Below the pieces are notes generated by a model that did not search any database, had not been told where the DNA came from, and saw only the letters and a list, made by a program, of their open reading frames with translations. From Octopus sinensis (lineage: Eukaryota), in NCBI RefSeq assembly GCF_006345805.1, contig NC_042997.1, forward strand, positions 59,458,001 through 59,522,000: 64,000 bases of DNA, given 5' to 3'. Positions 11,670 through 26,399 of the stretch are shown one piece after another (the first letter of the stretch is position 1; each line of letters begins with the position of its first letter). The position numbers were made by a program, and so were the translations under genes.

Positions 11670-12505
11670 TACACATGAAGTCCATAAGTTTTGAGAATTT
11701 TTTAGGAGAGGCAATTATTACCGTCCTAGATTATTGTAATTTTAGTATATCATTACTATACATTTAATGAAGGAGTCAGCTGTAATAGGGCTTTGAATGC
11801 ACACTACTAAGCACTGCTTGTCACCGCTAACTAGTTTTGCAGAATGCAGTTGGGATGTTAGGAAAATCACTATGCAATAAAGTTTTGTGTTAAACACTAG
11901 GCAAAAACACTACAGAATCTTATGAAATACTTCAGACTGCTTATGGATGAATTTTTTACTGGCACAAGGAGTTCAAGGGATGGTGAGAGCTGATGAGAAG
12001 TATGGGAGAGAGAGGGGCATCAGAACGTCAGAGCTAGTTGAGAATATTCAATTTTCTGCATGAAAACCACTGTGTGTCTATAAGGACAATAAGTATATGG
12101 TTTGGAGTTGTTTTGGCAGAATTATTCATGAATATGTGCAAAAATTGTGCAAAGTTTGTTCCAAGGATGCTCAGTAATGAGCATCCTGGTAATCAACTAC
12201 TTGACAGCAGTGGGCATTTAAACTGTCCTTCACCCTTCCTAGAGGCCAGACCTTGCTCCCTGTGATTTTTTATTGTTCCTGAAGGAGAAGGAGAACATTA
12301 GGGGCAGTTCTTTTGAAGATAAAGGAGGCTGTGATAAGTGTCCTGGACTCCTTTACTTTGGAGGACTTCCATAAGGCCTTCATGATGTCACTGGAGTGCT
12401 ACCAGAAGTGCATTGAAGTGAAAGGGTGCTACTTTGAATTCTTTGAAATTAATAGAAGTCTCTCCCCCAAAAGATTGAAAACTTCTGGAATGTACCTTAT
12501 ATGTG
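11670..12505 (+). mobile_element. mariner transposase relic
   Basis: Fragmentary AIKFCV...ESYEILQTAYG, CAKFVPRMLS, PDLAPCDF, LECYQKCIEVKGCYFE motifs; many indels and unclear termini. Confidence 0.7.
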
Positions 12506-13220
12506 TTTCTATGGGAAGTATAGAGAAATAGTTTGTGTGCAGGGTTCTTTTTTGTGTTGTGTATGTAACTGCATATGTGTGATATACACACATACATGTA
12601 GTGTAATTCCTATAAGGTCATAATTATGTCCAATTTGATAAAGGTACCAGAACATTAGTTATTGAAAAATCATTGGTGTGTGTGTATACACATACAAACA
12701 TACATACATTAGATTAACAAACTGGAAAAGTGAGTACTCAACACTGGGAAGGTGGATAAACAATTCCTTTTATGTAAAGTTTCGTTAACTTTCTGTAACC
12801 CAAAGTTTCATTCCAGCAGAACTTAGCATTTAATCAGCCAGAATTCAAATCACAAATAATTATCTGCCATTATATATGTGTACACATACACATGCATTTA
12901 GATACATAAACACGTACATACAAACACACACATACATACATATACATGCATACATATATGAAACAGTTGTGGAATGCTTATCATGATCAATTACCACCAT
13001 GTGCCCACAAGTTTGCTCAAATTAAGATAACCCTGGTTAACTAAACAACTGCATAGGAAACAAACAAAATGCAAAGGGTACCAATAGAACATTTCTCACA
13101 TATTTCTAATCTGGTACAATCAATTGTACTTAATATATACAATTCAGTAATTGCATAACCTTTCAAAACACCGAAGCATTTAACATTGGGTTTATGTATA
13201 ATTGGTCAGTTAATTGTATA

Positions 13221-13680
13221 TGCAGACTTGGCTGTGTGATAAGAAATTTGCTTCCCAACTACATAGGGATGGATTCAGTTTCACTCTGAGGCACCTTGGG
13301 TAAGTGCCTTTGATTATGTCCTTGGGTGGACCAAAGCCTTGTGAGTAGATTTGGCAGACAGAAACTGAAAGAAGACATCATGTATATGTGTGTATGTGTG
13401 TGTGCATATGCACATTCATGTATGTGTTCACATGCATGTATGTGTGTGCACATGCATGTATGTACACATTTATGTGTGTGTGTGTGCGTGATGGTCTCTT
13501 TGCCTAGACATCATGTGATAGTTGTTAATGAGTGTCACCATCATGCGAGTAGTGTTCTTCATTTCTAATCCTCCAGGCAAAACATGAGAAAGATTATCTT
13601 GCTTGGAAAGAGTTTAGGGAGACATCAGAATAGACATCTAGCTATACAAAATCTGCTTCAACAAATTCTGTCTGACTAAT
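13221..13680 (+). mobile_element. SINE family A head + (TG)n + alternative C2 body
   Basis: A head at 13228-13380, microsatellite, then a body matching the reverse of 29822-30060 and 58850-59100. Confidence 0.7.
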
Positions 13681-15750
13681 TTTCTTTGATTGCAAAACAT
13701 TTTTCCAGTTTTGTTTTAAAAATGAGTGAAATATAACATAAAACTGACCATTTGATTTGATATGATTAAAATGAGTCTGAAAGCTTCTGTTTTCATGGGT
13801 TTATAAATTACATTAGCCAGTACTCTTTGTTTACAAACAACTGTTGTCAAGAGAGTAAAATATATTCAAGCTATTCTTATAATTTCAGTGATTCAAAGAA
13901 GTTTATATTCAGATGTATTCATTAAAAAATCTTATTTCTAATTGTGTAATAAAATTATTCTATAAATAAATTTTCATTGCAAAAAGTAAATTTTAATGTG
14001 TATTGTAAATAAATAAATTTTAATTTTTAAAAATACTTTAGAACAATATAATATTAATTTCATTATCGAATACATTACTCTGGGATTCACTTAAATGTTT
14101 CCTAATCTATTGTTACATAATTCAAAGTGAATGAAAGTCATTGCCAGGATATTTGAAAAAAGCAAAGCTGGGCATATAGAAGAATATCAATGGTAAATTT
14201 CTTATTTTTTTCAGTTCATGTTGATATTCTTATAACAAGTATCATGCCAATGCATGTCAATAAAATAACTTTGATTTGATGGAAGTGAAGTAAAGTGTTT
14301 GTGCACACAACATAGCGTGTTTTCTGTCATACAGGATGAGATTTTCAAACCAAAATTTCCTGTGAAATGCAGTACAATTTGGAAAGATAGCGACAATGTT
14401 TGAATGTTTACACAATATAAAAAAGGTAAAACAGAATCCCCAGTTTCTTGATGTGATTAGTACTGTAAATTCAATAATTTAGGGAGAAATCCAGATCTTA
14501 AGAGTAGTAATTAGTTGAATTTTGTTCACAAAAGATCATTAAACTGACAGAATCACAGGCATTTTTGCCATCCTATAGTACTATCAGTGGAATGAAGCAA
14601 CAACAAACAACAGTGATAAACAACAACAAACTAATCAGTAATAAACAACAGATTAAACTAAACTAATAAACAACAAACTAAATGTGCAGTGATAAACAAT
14701 GATAAGTGAATCTAAAAAAAGACAAATTACACAAGCATATGTTAGAACCGGTATGTACTTCGTAATTACAGAATGGTAGGAGCAGATGGTAGATTATTAA
14801 AAAATGAAAGTGCTGTGTTGACAAACACTAATCTGTAGCGGGTTGATGCGATAGAAAAAAATTCTACATGGTCTATGTCAAATTGAAATGGACACATATA
14901 CTGACCAGACTTCTTCAGATCAGGAGACATGTTTGTTAGCATTTAGCAGCTGTTTGGTGGTGGGAGGGATAAGAAATGTGGAAGCAAATGCAGTAGACTT
15001 TAAAGCTGACCTTGTATTTATGTAATACATTTACTTTCTTTGAATAGCTCTTTGTCAGGATATTCTCAAAGTAGAGCTGACTGTAGCAGAATTTGAAATA
15101 ACAAAGAAATTACAAGGGCGGAGGAAAGAAAAAAATATAAAAATAGCAATGCATATGATACAAAAATTTTAATTTTGCCTAAGTCTAGAGATGCAGTATG
15201 GAATCAACAATAAAATGCAGTTAATTGCAACAATTAAAAAAAACTGAAATAAAAACAAAAAACTCCAGCAAATAAAAAAACAAACTATTTTGTTTACGTA
15301 TATTTTGCTTTGCCAGATATAATCAACAGAGAGAACATTATATGAACTTGGTGTTTGTATCACTGCTTGTCTTCACAAGAAAGTCTTGTTTTATTCTCTT
15401 TATAGAGTTTATTTTCTTCAAAGACATGATCAACACTATTTTGCATGTTTCATGGTTTAGAAACCCCAAGGATATCAATTTGTTATTTCCAACAATGTTA
15501 CAAAAATGGTCATTTTGTTTTTATTTTTTTCTCTTTTATCAGAAAAATATTTCAATTACATTTTTTACAGTGATCTTTATTTAGGATCAGACACTGTGCT
15601 GTGGTGTAAAGAACCACAAAACAAATTTTTAAGTCCTTTTTATAAATGTTATATTTAGAAAGTGGCTAGGAGAAATTCAAGATACAAGAAATGGAAAAGA
15701 GAACATGCACTTACATAACCAATACTTCAAAATACATTCACATCTTTCTG

Positions 15751-16728
15751 TCAGTTTGAGTAAGCAACATTTTGAACCATGAAGAATTTGTACCAGATTT
15801 TTGCAGAGTTTTGAATTTTTCTTAAACAGTTTTTGAAATTGTCTGATAATACAGACATAGACTTGCTCCAACACATCCATAAATTAACATTAATATTTTT
15901 TTCACTGTTGTTACAATCATCTGAAATGGAACTGTTAAAGTGCAATATTCGACCAATTTTACTCTTCAACTTCAAAAAAGAATGTAAAGCAGCTGAAACT
16001 CTTTGTGATATCAATGAAACATTTGGTGAGGAAATGACCAGTGAGTGGTCAGCTTGAAAATGGTTTAAATGATTTTGCAGTGGAGACCTGAGCCTTGAAG
16101 ATCATGAGTGTATTCGATGACCATCTGTCATCGATGACGGTCAATTAAAAATCGTCATTGAGAAAGATCCACATAAAACCACTCAGGAACTGGCAAAAGA
16201 ACTTCAAGTTAGCCAGAAAACTGCCTGCAACCATTTGCATGCAATCGAAAAATCAAAAAAGCTCGACAAATTGGTACTATACATTTTGAATGAAAATCAG
16301 AAAATGTGCAGATATGAAATTGCTCATCACTTCTTCTCCGTAACCAGACCAATCCATTTCTCAACTGTATTGTAACTTGTGATGAAAAGTGGCTTTTGTA
16401 GAATAATAAAAAATGTTGAGGATACTTGACTACAAAGTTTTTCCCCACCCAGCTTATTCCCCAGACCTTTTTCCTACCACTTTTTCAAACATCTTGATGG
16501 TTCCCTGTGAGAGAAGGAGTTCAAAAATCAAACTGAAGCTAAAAGTGCATTCATCAGGTCCAGAACTCCAGATTTTTATGTTACTGGAATAAACAAACTT
16601 GTAACTTGTTTGTGAAAATGTGTTGACTGTAATGGTACTTACTTTGATGAATAAAATTTCCACATCATTGAAATATATTGTGATGAATTTCATGTTTCAA
16701 AGTATTGTTTACTTTTTACTCAGCCTGA
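15751..16728 (+). mobile_element. mariner (Hsmar1/cecropia-like) transposon, internally deleted
   Basis: TIRs TCAGTTTGAGTAAG.. / ..CTTTTTACTCAGCCTGA followed by TA. ATG at 15926 gives MELLKCNIRPILLFNFKKECKAAETLCDINETFGEE...CDEKW (16378-16392), joined almost directly to PHPAYSPD, so the second catalytic Asp region is deleted. Confidence 0.9.
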
Positions 16729-17741
16729 TATATATATAATATATTTGCATCTTTTTTAATTCAGTATGGAATATTAATTGGGTACCACAAGTAAAACTTC
16801 CAGAAAATACAAGACCAACTGATCTGATATTTTTCTAAGGCACAGAAAGCAGAAGAAAGAAAATAAAACATGCACTGATTCTTAAGTTCTGCTACCTGGT
16901 AGTTGTCAGATTATTAGCCAAAAGAACTGATATTTCAAATTGATTATATCTTAAATGTTTTGCTACTTCATGAGTCATCTCTAGGTTATAAATTCAGTCA
17001 GTTTTTGAAAGCTTCACAATTATAATTTTTTGCATAGAGACATGACATAAGGTTTCTTCTCTCCTGTTCAAGATGCAGCTAAGTAGTTTCAAGATCTTGA
17101 GTTTTTCAATTGCACCTCGTTCATGGTGACTATAATTGACTTTAACTGAATTTTTGTTGAGTGAGAAATGCACTATGCATTACAAAGGGAACCAAACAGA
17201 AAATTTTCAAATCAAGTAAAAAAAAAAAAAAAATTCATAATCAAAATTTCACCAGTAACCCTATAGCATTTAAACTTGTCATATCCAGCCCAAATATTAT
17301 ACCTGTTTTATGTACAGACTAGCCATATTCAGCCTCTCATGCCTACCCTACAATGTCATACTAAGAACAAACAAGCATATCATCAAAATCTCAACACAAA
17401 AAGATAATGCATGACAAATTCAAAATAATGTGAACAAATAAGTGTTACATTAGACACTTCACAGTTTGGAATCACCACATTACATGCAGCCCATGTGATC
17501 TTTGTTAACCAATGAAATAGTAAGGTCCCAATACCATCATACATAAAGGGACCCAAATATAACAATAGTGATCTCTGATCACTATTGTTATAGTAAAAAA
17601 AGCCAAGAGAGTTTGTAGATTCAATAAGTTTACTTGCCATGAGGAATGCAAAAGTTGATGTTTTGGTTAGAGGTCCTTCATGACAAACTTAGTGAAGCAA
17701 CGCTTTGGGATTTTATTATCAATGCTATTGACGAACACCAA

Positions 17742-18014
17742 GAGGGTGCTGAAAAGTTCCAGGCTTTAAGGGTATCACAAAAAGGTTTGATTGGAGGCCC
17801 AACCTTCCAAATTCTTTTACAAGGCTTAGAAAATCTGAAACAACAAAACTCAAAAGGATATGTACATGGAAAGCATTAGCTTGACACTAAATATAAGATG
17901 GAAAAAAGAGTGAATGTTTAACATTTCAAGCATGGTCCTTCATTACAAAAAGGAGAGAGGAAAGGTGCGGAGAGAAGGAAAAAAAGTCTGAGAAAAGCAC
18001 GTGTGGTTAAAGGG

Positions 18015-18059
<45 letters not shown>

Positions 18060-18260
18060 TATACATGTAAGGGTGCTGAAAAGTTCCTGGCTTTATTGTG
18101 AAAGGCCCAATCTTCTGAGTTCATTTACAGGGCTTAGAAAAACTGAAGGACTGCTGCAATAAGCATGTGAATCTGAGAGGGGAATATGTTGAATAAAATC
18201 ATAACTGATCCTCCTGTATTTTCTTTTACCCAAAACCAGGAACTTTTCAGCATTTCCTCA
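17742..18260 (-). mobile_element. Composite: partial MITE + hammerhead-relic segment + (TA)n + complete mariner MITE
   Basis: 18065-18260 has both TIRs; 17846-18015 is the reverse complement of 536-705; 17742-17845 repeats the first ~100 bp of the MITE. Confidence 0.7.
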
Positions 18261-18789
18261 TACATTCACCAGCTTCCTAGGAATTTAAATTTTCCCCATA
18301 ATTCTGGTAGGTCTTGGTAATTAGATGATTCAGAATCAAGACAAGCAGAAATAGAATGTAGTGCTGCCCCATCAAACTTACGCAAAAAATTGGTGGTGGT
18401 GGAGAGAACATCCATTGAAGTAATGATAACGATGATGATAAGGATAATGATAAATATGGTATACATGCTATCAATGTAATACATGATATGTATGGAGAGG
18501 AAAAAAAGAGCAAAATATGCAAAGAATGGCACCTGAAATAGTAACTATGCATTTATACAATGATTCCAAAATAGAGATACTCAGTCAATGAGTCAAACGG
18601 TTGCTATCAGAACAACACAATTAATTCTCTCCTCTGACAACATAACAAATAATTAAATAAAACTAATAAGTAAATACAAAAACGAAAAAAAAATTAAAAG
18701 AACATCCATACAACTATTTATTTATAATGGAAATGTTGGAAAACATAAATGATGTTCTGAGAAGATTGCGAATCACATTCTTTCAGAAA

Positions 18790-19190
18790 TGTGTGTGTGT
18801 GTCTATGTGCATATGTATATATATATAGATATATATATACACATATATATAAACATATATATATACACATATATATACACACACACACATATATATATAT
18901 ATACACACATATATAAACACACACACACACATATATATAAACACACACACATACATATATAAACACACACACACATACACATATATAAACACACATATAA
19001 ACACACACATATATAAACACACACACACACACATATAAACACACACACACACACACATAAACACACACACACACATATGTATATATGTATATATACATTA
19101 TATATATATACATATATATTATATATATATATATTATATATATACATATATATTATATATATATACATATACATTATATATACATATATA
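18790..19190. repeat. Compound (AC)/(AT) micro/minisatellite
   Basis: Degenerate ACACACACATATATAA units, directly visible. Confidence 0.9.
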
Positions 19191-19509
19191 TTGTACTTAA
19201 TCCACTGAATGTTTTTCACCTTTTTAAAATATTGATATTAATTAGTGTTTTTTATTGACATTTAATTATTAACATAACTGTCATCTCAGTTCATTGTATG
19301 TATTTCTTAAAATTTGATATTATTATATTGATATTATTTACCTTTTTTATTGACATTTCATTATTAAAGTACAATTCTCATCTTATTACATCATATTTCT
19401 TGACACAATGTCTTGAAAGAAGAGATCCTCCATTCATCGAAAAATTATCACAATCTCAGTTGGTTGTGTGGAATACTGGCTCCAAAAAACAGTAAAATTA
19501 ATGAGCAGT

Positions 19510-20180
19510 ACCTTCTTAGAAGTCCTCACATCTATAAGTCAGTTGATAATCCCAGATCCAGAAGAGGTGGTTAATTATCCAATAAAATTTCCCAATTCAT
19601 TGGAGCCTCTAGAACTACCTCCCCACAGATTGGAACTTAAGGTGGGATTCCAATAATATTATTGAGGAATCTGGATCCACCAATACTCTACAATGGGACA
19701 CACCTGGTGGTAAAGAAAATGGTTCTACATGTTTTTGAAGTTACCGCTCTCTCTCTGGATGTGGAAAAGGCGAGTATGTCTTCATATCCAGGATTCTTCT
19801 CTTTCCATCAGGAGCCAAAATTCCTTTTTCATTCAGAAGAGTACAATTTCCTATTCGTATCAACTTTGCAATGTCTATCAATAAATCCTATGGTCAAACA
19901 CTGTCTGTGGTAGGATTTCACTTGGAAGAGCCATGCTTCTCACACAGGCAACTATATGTTGGTTGCTCTAGAGTGGGAAGCAAAAATAAACATCTATTTG
20001 CATTTGTTCCACAAGGGAAAACAAAGAATATTATTTACCAAGAGGTCTTGTAGGAATTACTACATCCTATGATGTGCTCCAGTATCCGCCGCTCTTTGTG
20101 AATGGTGAAGATGGATACCATTTCAGCATAATACCAACAAACCCGAAAGCTGCACCAACAAAGCAGTTTCCTACATTGAC
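19510..20180 (+). pseudogene. Helitron RepHel relic (PIF1-like helicase C-terminus plus a Rep-side fragment)
   Basis: LPPHRLELKVGF..LLRNLDPP..NGTHLVVKK, QFPIR..FAMSINKSYGQTL..VG..LEEPCFSHRQLYVGCSRV...KTKNIIYQEVL* (stop ~20053), then SYDVLQYPPLFVNGEDGYHFSI. Confidence 0.85.
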
Positions 20181-20721
20181 TTCAGTATCAAAGCATATTC
20201 TCCAATTACTCCCACCAACCATGTGGTAAGTCATCACACCTTATTTTTTCAAGCAATCCATTACTATGTATTCTCATGTGATTGCATTGGCTCAGTTTAT
20301 GTTTCTTATTCTACAGCCACACCAGCAATCCAATGTCAACCCTTTGCTTTCGACAACATTTCAATAGTTAACTTCCCCGTTTCAGCCCCTTTCCGGAATG
20401 TACCCATTTACATACAATATATCCATTACTCCTACATTCATTTGACTGTCAACCATACAATGGGTCATGCTAGATGCAGTGCCGATTGCAGTGAAGGAGA
20501 GTATACCCGCTGACAGCTTTTCAGTACATTCAAAAATCACATACCCCCAATTTTCCATGACAGGTTAGGGCCTAGAATCTTCCAAACTATGCCATTTTTG
20601 TTCCTAAGCAATACAGGGCATCTCTGCTAATGTGGAATAAGAGATTTAGAACATCACACTTTCATTCAACACACTTTTTCTTTTACCATCCCACACTTGA
20701 TATACAGTATATATATACACA

Positions 20722-20766
<45 letters not shown>

Positions 20767-20777
20767 GTATATATATC

Positions 20778-21130
20778 ATCATCATCGTTTAACATCCATT
20801 TTCCATGCTAGCATGGGTTGGATGGTTTGACCGGGGTCTGGGAAGCCAGTAGGCTGCACCAGGCTCCATTCTGATCTGGCAGTGTTTCTACAGCTGGATG
20901 CTCTTCCTAACGCCAACCACTCCGTGAGTGTAGTGGGTGCTTTTTATGTGCCACCAGCACAGGTGCCAGGGGAGGCTGGCAATGGCTACGATTGGTTGGT
21001 GCTTTTTACATGCCACTGGCACGGAAGCCAGTCAAGGTGGCACTGGCATCAGCCACATTTTGATGGTGCTTTTTACATGCCACTAGCATGGGTATCACAA
21101 CTACAATTTCCATTTGGCTTTTATTTTGAT
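20778..21130 (-). mobile_element. RTE 3'UTR copy (family C)
   Basis: (CAT)n-CGTTTAACATCCATTTTCCATGCTAGCATGGGTTGG...CAGCTGGATGCTCTTCCTAACGCCAACC plus tandem GGTGCTTTTTA units. Other copies at ~1905-2090, 8035-8160, 42250-42410, 52665-52800, 57540-57665. Confidence 0.75.
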
Positions 21131-21822
21131 GTTGATATATTTATATATATATACATATTACACTTAATTGAAAAAATTTGTTTTTGTCTTTTGTATATGT
21201 GCAGACTTCCTGTAACTGAAAAATGTCACTGATGTCATTGGAGGCAAACATACATGCAAACAGAGAGAGAAAGAGAGAGAGAGAGAGAATACGCATGTGT
21301 ACAAGCATGCTCGTGCGTGTGTGTGTGTATGTATGTATACACTTTGATGAAAACAAACATACATGACATACACACAATCATACTAACATTTCATGCACCC
21401 ACACACAAAGGAAGTTAGTGGTAAGAGACAGTTTCTGAGCACATGTCTGTTACTTTGATGTTTAACCATCCTTATAGTTTGTTTGAGTTGTTATTTAGTC
21501 TACTAATATCAAACCCAAGCAAAGCAGACCTACACTCATATTTGATTTCTAAGGAACACCAGCCAAATTTTCATTGATCTGCCTTATAAATGGACTTGTT
21601 AGATAATGTCGTTGGCACATACTAAAAATGATTGGATGGGATACCTTTCATTATAGCTCTGCTTGGTCTGGGCTGGCCTGAACCAAAACAACAACCTTCC
21701 AATAATTAAAGCTTCCAGTTCATTCATTCTGTTTCATTTTCACACCCACCCACACACTTGCTCTTTCACTATTTTACTACCTCTCCCTCACTATTGTATG
21801 CTGTCTCCCTAACACTATCTTG

Positions 21823-21862
<40 letters not shown>

Positions 21863-22272
21863 TCAAATATTAGTAAACATATATGTAAATATCTATATAT
21901 ATGAATACTGGGTGTATGTGTAGAGAAAAAACAGTTGTTTCATCACAGTTCCACATTCAATCCCAGTGTGGTGTCTTAGTTAAGTGTATTTACACACACA
22001 CATTGAGCAGATAAATGAGGAAAGCCCTCTAAACATCAATCTTGAATGACTGGGAACTAAATAACAATTATGTTATCATAAAATAATCCTCATCATCATT
22101 GATCCTCAGTCCCTTGTATCATTTATTCCCCTGTCTACCTTGTTTTGGCGTATTTTATATTTTACTTTCTTACTCTTGTACAAAAATATATGCTAAATGA
22201 TCACTCTATGATAAAGTACATGTCTCTCCTATATCACCAACTCTAAGATAGCCTGTTAGTGTCTCTTTAAAG

Positions 22273-22309
<37 letters not shown>

Positions 22310-22931
22310 TAACCATACATGCATTCAATAGACTTCTTGCAATATTTGATTGATAAATATCACTCACAAAGCTTTGATCTTCTTTAATTATTGTTGAAGA
22401 CAATCAAAGACCAAATCTTTGTCACTGCAAAGCTAATTTCTTAAGCAATCCAGCTTCTCATAGCTTAGTTACAATGTCCATTTTTGCAGTTGAGCAGGCA
22501 CTCATTTCATTAATTAATCTCAATAAATTATAATGAATAAATGATTATGCTGACTTTATTAGTAGTTGGAACTAAAGAACAATCAACAACAAGCAGCAAT
22601 TTAGCATTTTTACCATTATAACAATTCTTCTAGTACCATGAGAAAATATCCCTTTTCCCCAAATCTCAAGGAGCCAGAGTTTCTGGAGCATTATTAGAAT
22701 GATATGAAACATATCTCCAACTGGATAAGATGGTAATCTATCACATGTATCTTTTATGTACAGTTAGAAAGAGCAGCCAAGTTTTCCTCAATTCATTCAT
22801 TACTGTCTTCAATGAAAGGGAAAAGAACATTAGATAGTGTGGTCCTAGATGCTCCTAAATCTACGAAAGAGTAACAACTGAAATGTTAGCATGTCATTCA
22901 ACCCTAGGTCAACAAGTTGATCTAGGATTAA

Positions 22932-23329
22932 GCACGGGCATGGCTGTGTAGTAAGAAGCTTGCTTCTCATCCACATGATTCTGGACTCAACCCCACTGCA
23001 TGGCACCTTGGGCAAATGTTTACTGTTATAGCCTTGGGCTGAGCAAAGCCTTGTGAGTGGATTTGGTAGATAGAAACTAAAAGAAGCCTGTTGTATATAT
23101 AGGTGTGTGTGTGTGTGTGTGTTTGTCCCCTCACCACTGCTTGACAACTGACTTTAGTGTGTTTATGTCCCCATAACTTAGTGGTTCCACAAAAGAGACC
23201 AATAGAATAAGTACTAGGCTTACAAAGAATAAGTCCAGGGGTCAATTTCTTCAACTAAGGCAGTGCTCCAGCATGGCTCCAGCATGGCTCCAGTCAAATG
23301 ACTGAAACAAGTAAAAGAATAAAAGAATA
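22932..23329 (+). mobile_element. SINE family A+D, full length
   Basis: Same head/microsatellite/tail architecture as 1351-1775. Confidence 0.85.
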
Positions 23330-23357
23330 CTGTCAATAGGTGGTTGAGAGGCAAGTT

Positions 23358-23592
23358 TCTTATTTCTTTATTGCCCAAAAGGGGCTAAACATAGAGGGGA
23401 CAAACAAGGACAGACAAACGGATTAAGTCAATTACATCGACCCTAGTGCGTAACTGGTATTTATTTAATCGACCTTGAAAGGATGAAAGGCAAAGTCGAC
23501 CTCGGTGGAATTTGAACTCAGAACATAACGGCAGACGAAATACGGCTACGCATTTCGCCTAGCGTGCTAACGATTCTGCCAGCTCACCGCCT
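23358..23592 (-). mobile_element. SINE family B with 18-bp target-site duplication
   Basis: TGAGAGGCAAGTTTCTTA (23345-23362) and TGAGAAGCAAGTTTCTTA (23593-23610) flank the element. Confidence 0.85.
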
Positions 23593-24348
23593 TGAGAAGC
23601 AAGTTTCTTACAACACAGTCACATCTGTACCCATGTATACATTAAGTCTTTTTTTTTTATCTTTTACTTATGTCAGTCATTAGACTGACTATGCTGGGAC
23701 AACCCCTTGAACAATTTTAGTCAAATTGACAGTATTCAGTATTTATCCTGAAGAAACATCTCTTATGTATTTACTTTGTTAAAAGTAATATCAGAGAGAG
23801 AGAGAGAGAGAGAGAGATGAAAATTTGTGCTGGCAGTGGGCCAGTAATAGCATCAGATACATTTCAGCCTTCTCAGGCCTTTCCAGTATCATGTACATGC
23901 AGCCAGCCACATACATGCTCAGATGAAAATTCATCATCTCTGATATAGGAAAAAATGAATAGAGCATTCTCTGAAGCAGCAAACAGCCACCCAGTTGATT
24001 GGAATGAAATACAGCTCATCATTTATATGCAGCAACTGAAGATGCAGAATAAGCAATGAATATTTCATTAGCTTGCCTTCAGGATTTAAAATCTGATCAT
24101 GAGAAAAACTGTCAGCATGTGGGATAGCGTCTTATCCACTGCTAAATATTTAAAGACATTAGAATAAGCTCAAGTATACTTCCAATCATGGCAGTATTTA
24201 ACGGTGGATAACATACAAAAATATATGTGTTTGTAAGATGATGATAATGTACAAGACTAGGAAAGGATATTTAATGATAAACTATCAGCATTGATAAATC
24301 TGATAACATGCAAATATCTGGATTTGCATAACTATACAATCTATCATG

Positions 24349-24407
<59 letters not shown>

Positions 24408-24479
24408 TTTAAATATATGTGTATTTATATTATTATATGATCGAATGCAACACATCCTTTTCCAAGTAAGTTTTATCTG

Positions 24480-24556
<77 letters not shown>

Positions 24557-25339
24557 TATATATATATAAAAGGAATGAAGAAAAAAATATTGGTAAGGAG
24601 GTCAGTCAAATATTTTATATATTTATTCTAATGGTTTTACCATTGGAATAAATAAATAGACAAATAAATAAATGCCAAAAGATATGTTGATAGGAGAAGG
24701 TAGAACTTGTTTCAGCAAAAGATTTATCAAACCAAGCCATGATGTGATGTGATGCTGGTCATACGTAAATAGATAAGGGCAAAAAAGAATAAAAGATCAA
24801 ATTTTTGCTTGTGGTAACTTGGTTTAGTACAGATTAGATTTATCTTTCAAGGGACTCATTCAGGTTTTCCTTTTTCTTTTTTACCCACCCCCAGCCCAGT
24901 ATTTGTAGTAAACAAGTTGTTCGGATAACAGACAAGAGATTGAATTAACAACAAACTCAAAGATAAGGAAACTAGGATGATGATGATAATAATAATAATA
25001 ATAATATTCGAATTACCTCTATTTCCAGATCTTTGTATTTTGAAAGTTTCTCTGTTTCTCTACAAGAAATGGAAAAACTTTCAAAATACTAAGACCTGGA
25101 AATAGAGTTAACTTGAATGTGGAATCTAAAAACAGAAACAATTCCTATCATAGTAGGCGCATTAGGTATGATAAAAAGATATTTAGACAAATACATAACA
25201 ATAACACCAGGACTTACAAGTATATATAACATACAGAAAATAGCACTACTAGGCACCTCACACATCCTACAAAAAACACTTTTAATACAGTAAAAATAAG
25301 AGCACCACAACAAACCACAGCATGCCCCCAAGGCACACA

Positions 25340-25842
25340 GCACTGCACTCGGTAGTGTAGTGAAAGCACGTGATAAAAATAAGACTACAGAATAATAATA
25401 ATAAGCCTTTATACTAAAGGCACAAATCCTAAAATGTTGGAGGAGAGGACTAGCCAATTAGATTGACCCCAGTGTTTCACTGGTACTTAATTTATCAACC
25501 CTGAAAGGATGAAAGGCAAAGTTGATCTTAGTGGAATTTGAACTCAAGTACCGCTAAGTATTTTGTCTGGCATGCTAATGGTTCAGCCAGCCTGCTGCCT
25601 TTATAAAATAATAATAACAATAATAATGGTTTAAAATTTTGGCACAAGGCCAGCAATTTCAGGGAAAGGGGCTAAGTTAATTATGTCAACCCCAGTACTC
25701 AACTGGTATTTATTTTGCCAACCCCGAAAGAATGAAAGGCAAAGTTGACTTCAGCGGAATTTGAACTTAGAATGTGAAGATGGATGAAATGGTGCTAAAC
25801 ATTTTGCCCAGTATGCTTATGATTTTGCCAGCTCGCCACCTT
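25340..25842 (-). mobile_element. Two adjacent SINE B2-subfamily copies with (TTA)n tails
   Basis: Two CCCCAGT..AACTGGTA....GAAAGGATGAAAGGCAAAGTTGA cores in the same orientation, separated by (AAT)n. Confidence 0.75.
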
Positions 25843-26399
25843 GGTGATGATGATGATGTTGGTGATGATTATTATTGCAACAAGTTTTACTTTTTTCTAT
25901 TTCAAATGTGTGAAAAAAGCGATTTAGAATATAGGGCCTCTACAGCTCTATATTGCATACTTTATGTCAAACACATGAGAAATGGTTTGGAGAGAGTGTA
26001 TGTGGGTCAGTATGAGAATATGAAACAGTGTGCATGAATGCAAAAAAAGGAGAGAGAGAGAGATGTGCATGTGTGAATATCTGGAGTGGGGATTAGAGAT
26101 AAAAATTAAAGAAATGTGTATGCACATGAGAGTGTATGTGCATGCACATGCACAAACTTATTCTTTTTCTATAGCTACTAGATTTCCAAAGTGTTGGCTG
26201 CAGTGACTATCCCATCCGCCACCATAGCCAATGCCTATGTTAGCTCCCACCTGGCAATAAGTATTACTTCTTTCAATGATATGCAAAAGCAACTTCTTCA
26301 CACCTCACCCCACACAAATACAACACATCTATTACTTGTAGATATGTGTATGTATTGTTAGGTTCATTAATAGTTGTTGTTGCTGTTGTTGTTGTTCAG

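Noticed and set aside
11990-12035. CTGATGA...GAACGTC (and CTGATGA near 38867)
   Set aside because: These lie in mariner and R4 coding relics, with no stem II or GAAA.
18718-19219. Long ORFs rich in Y/I/V/C/M (also 45333-45964, 24346-24651, 10201-10704)
   Set aside because: These are translations of TA/TG microsatellites.
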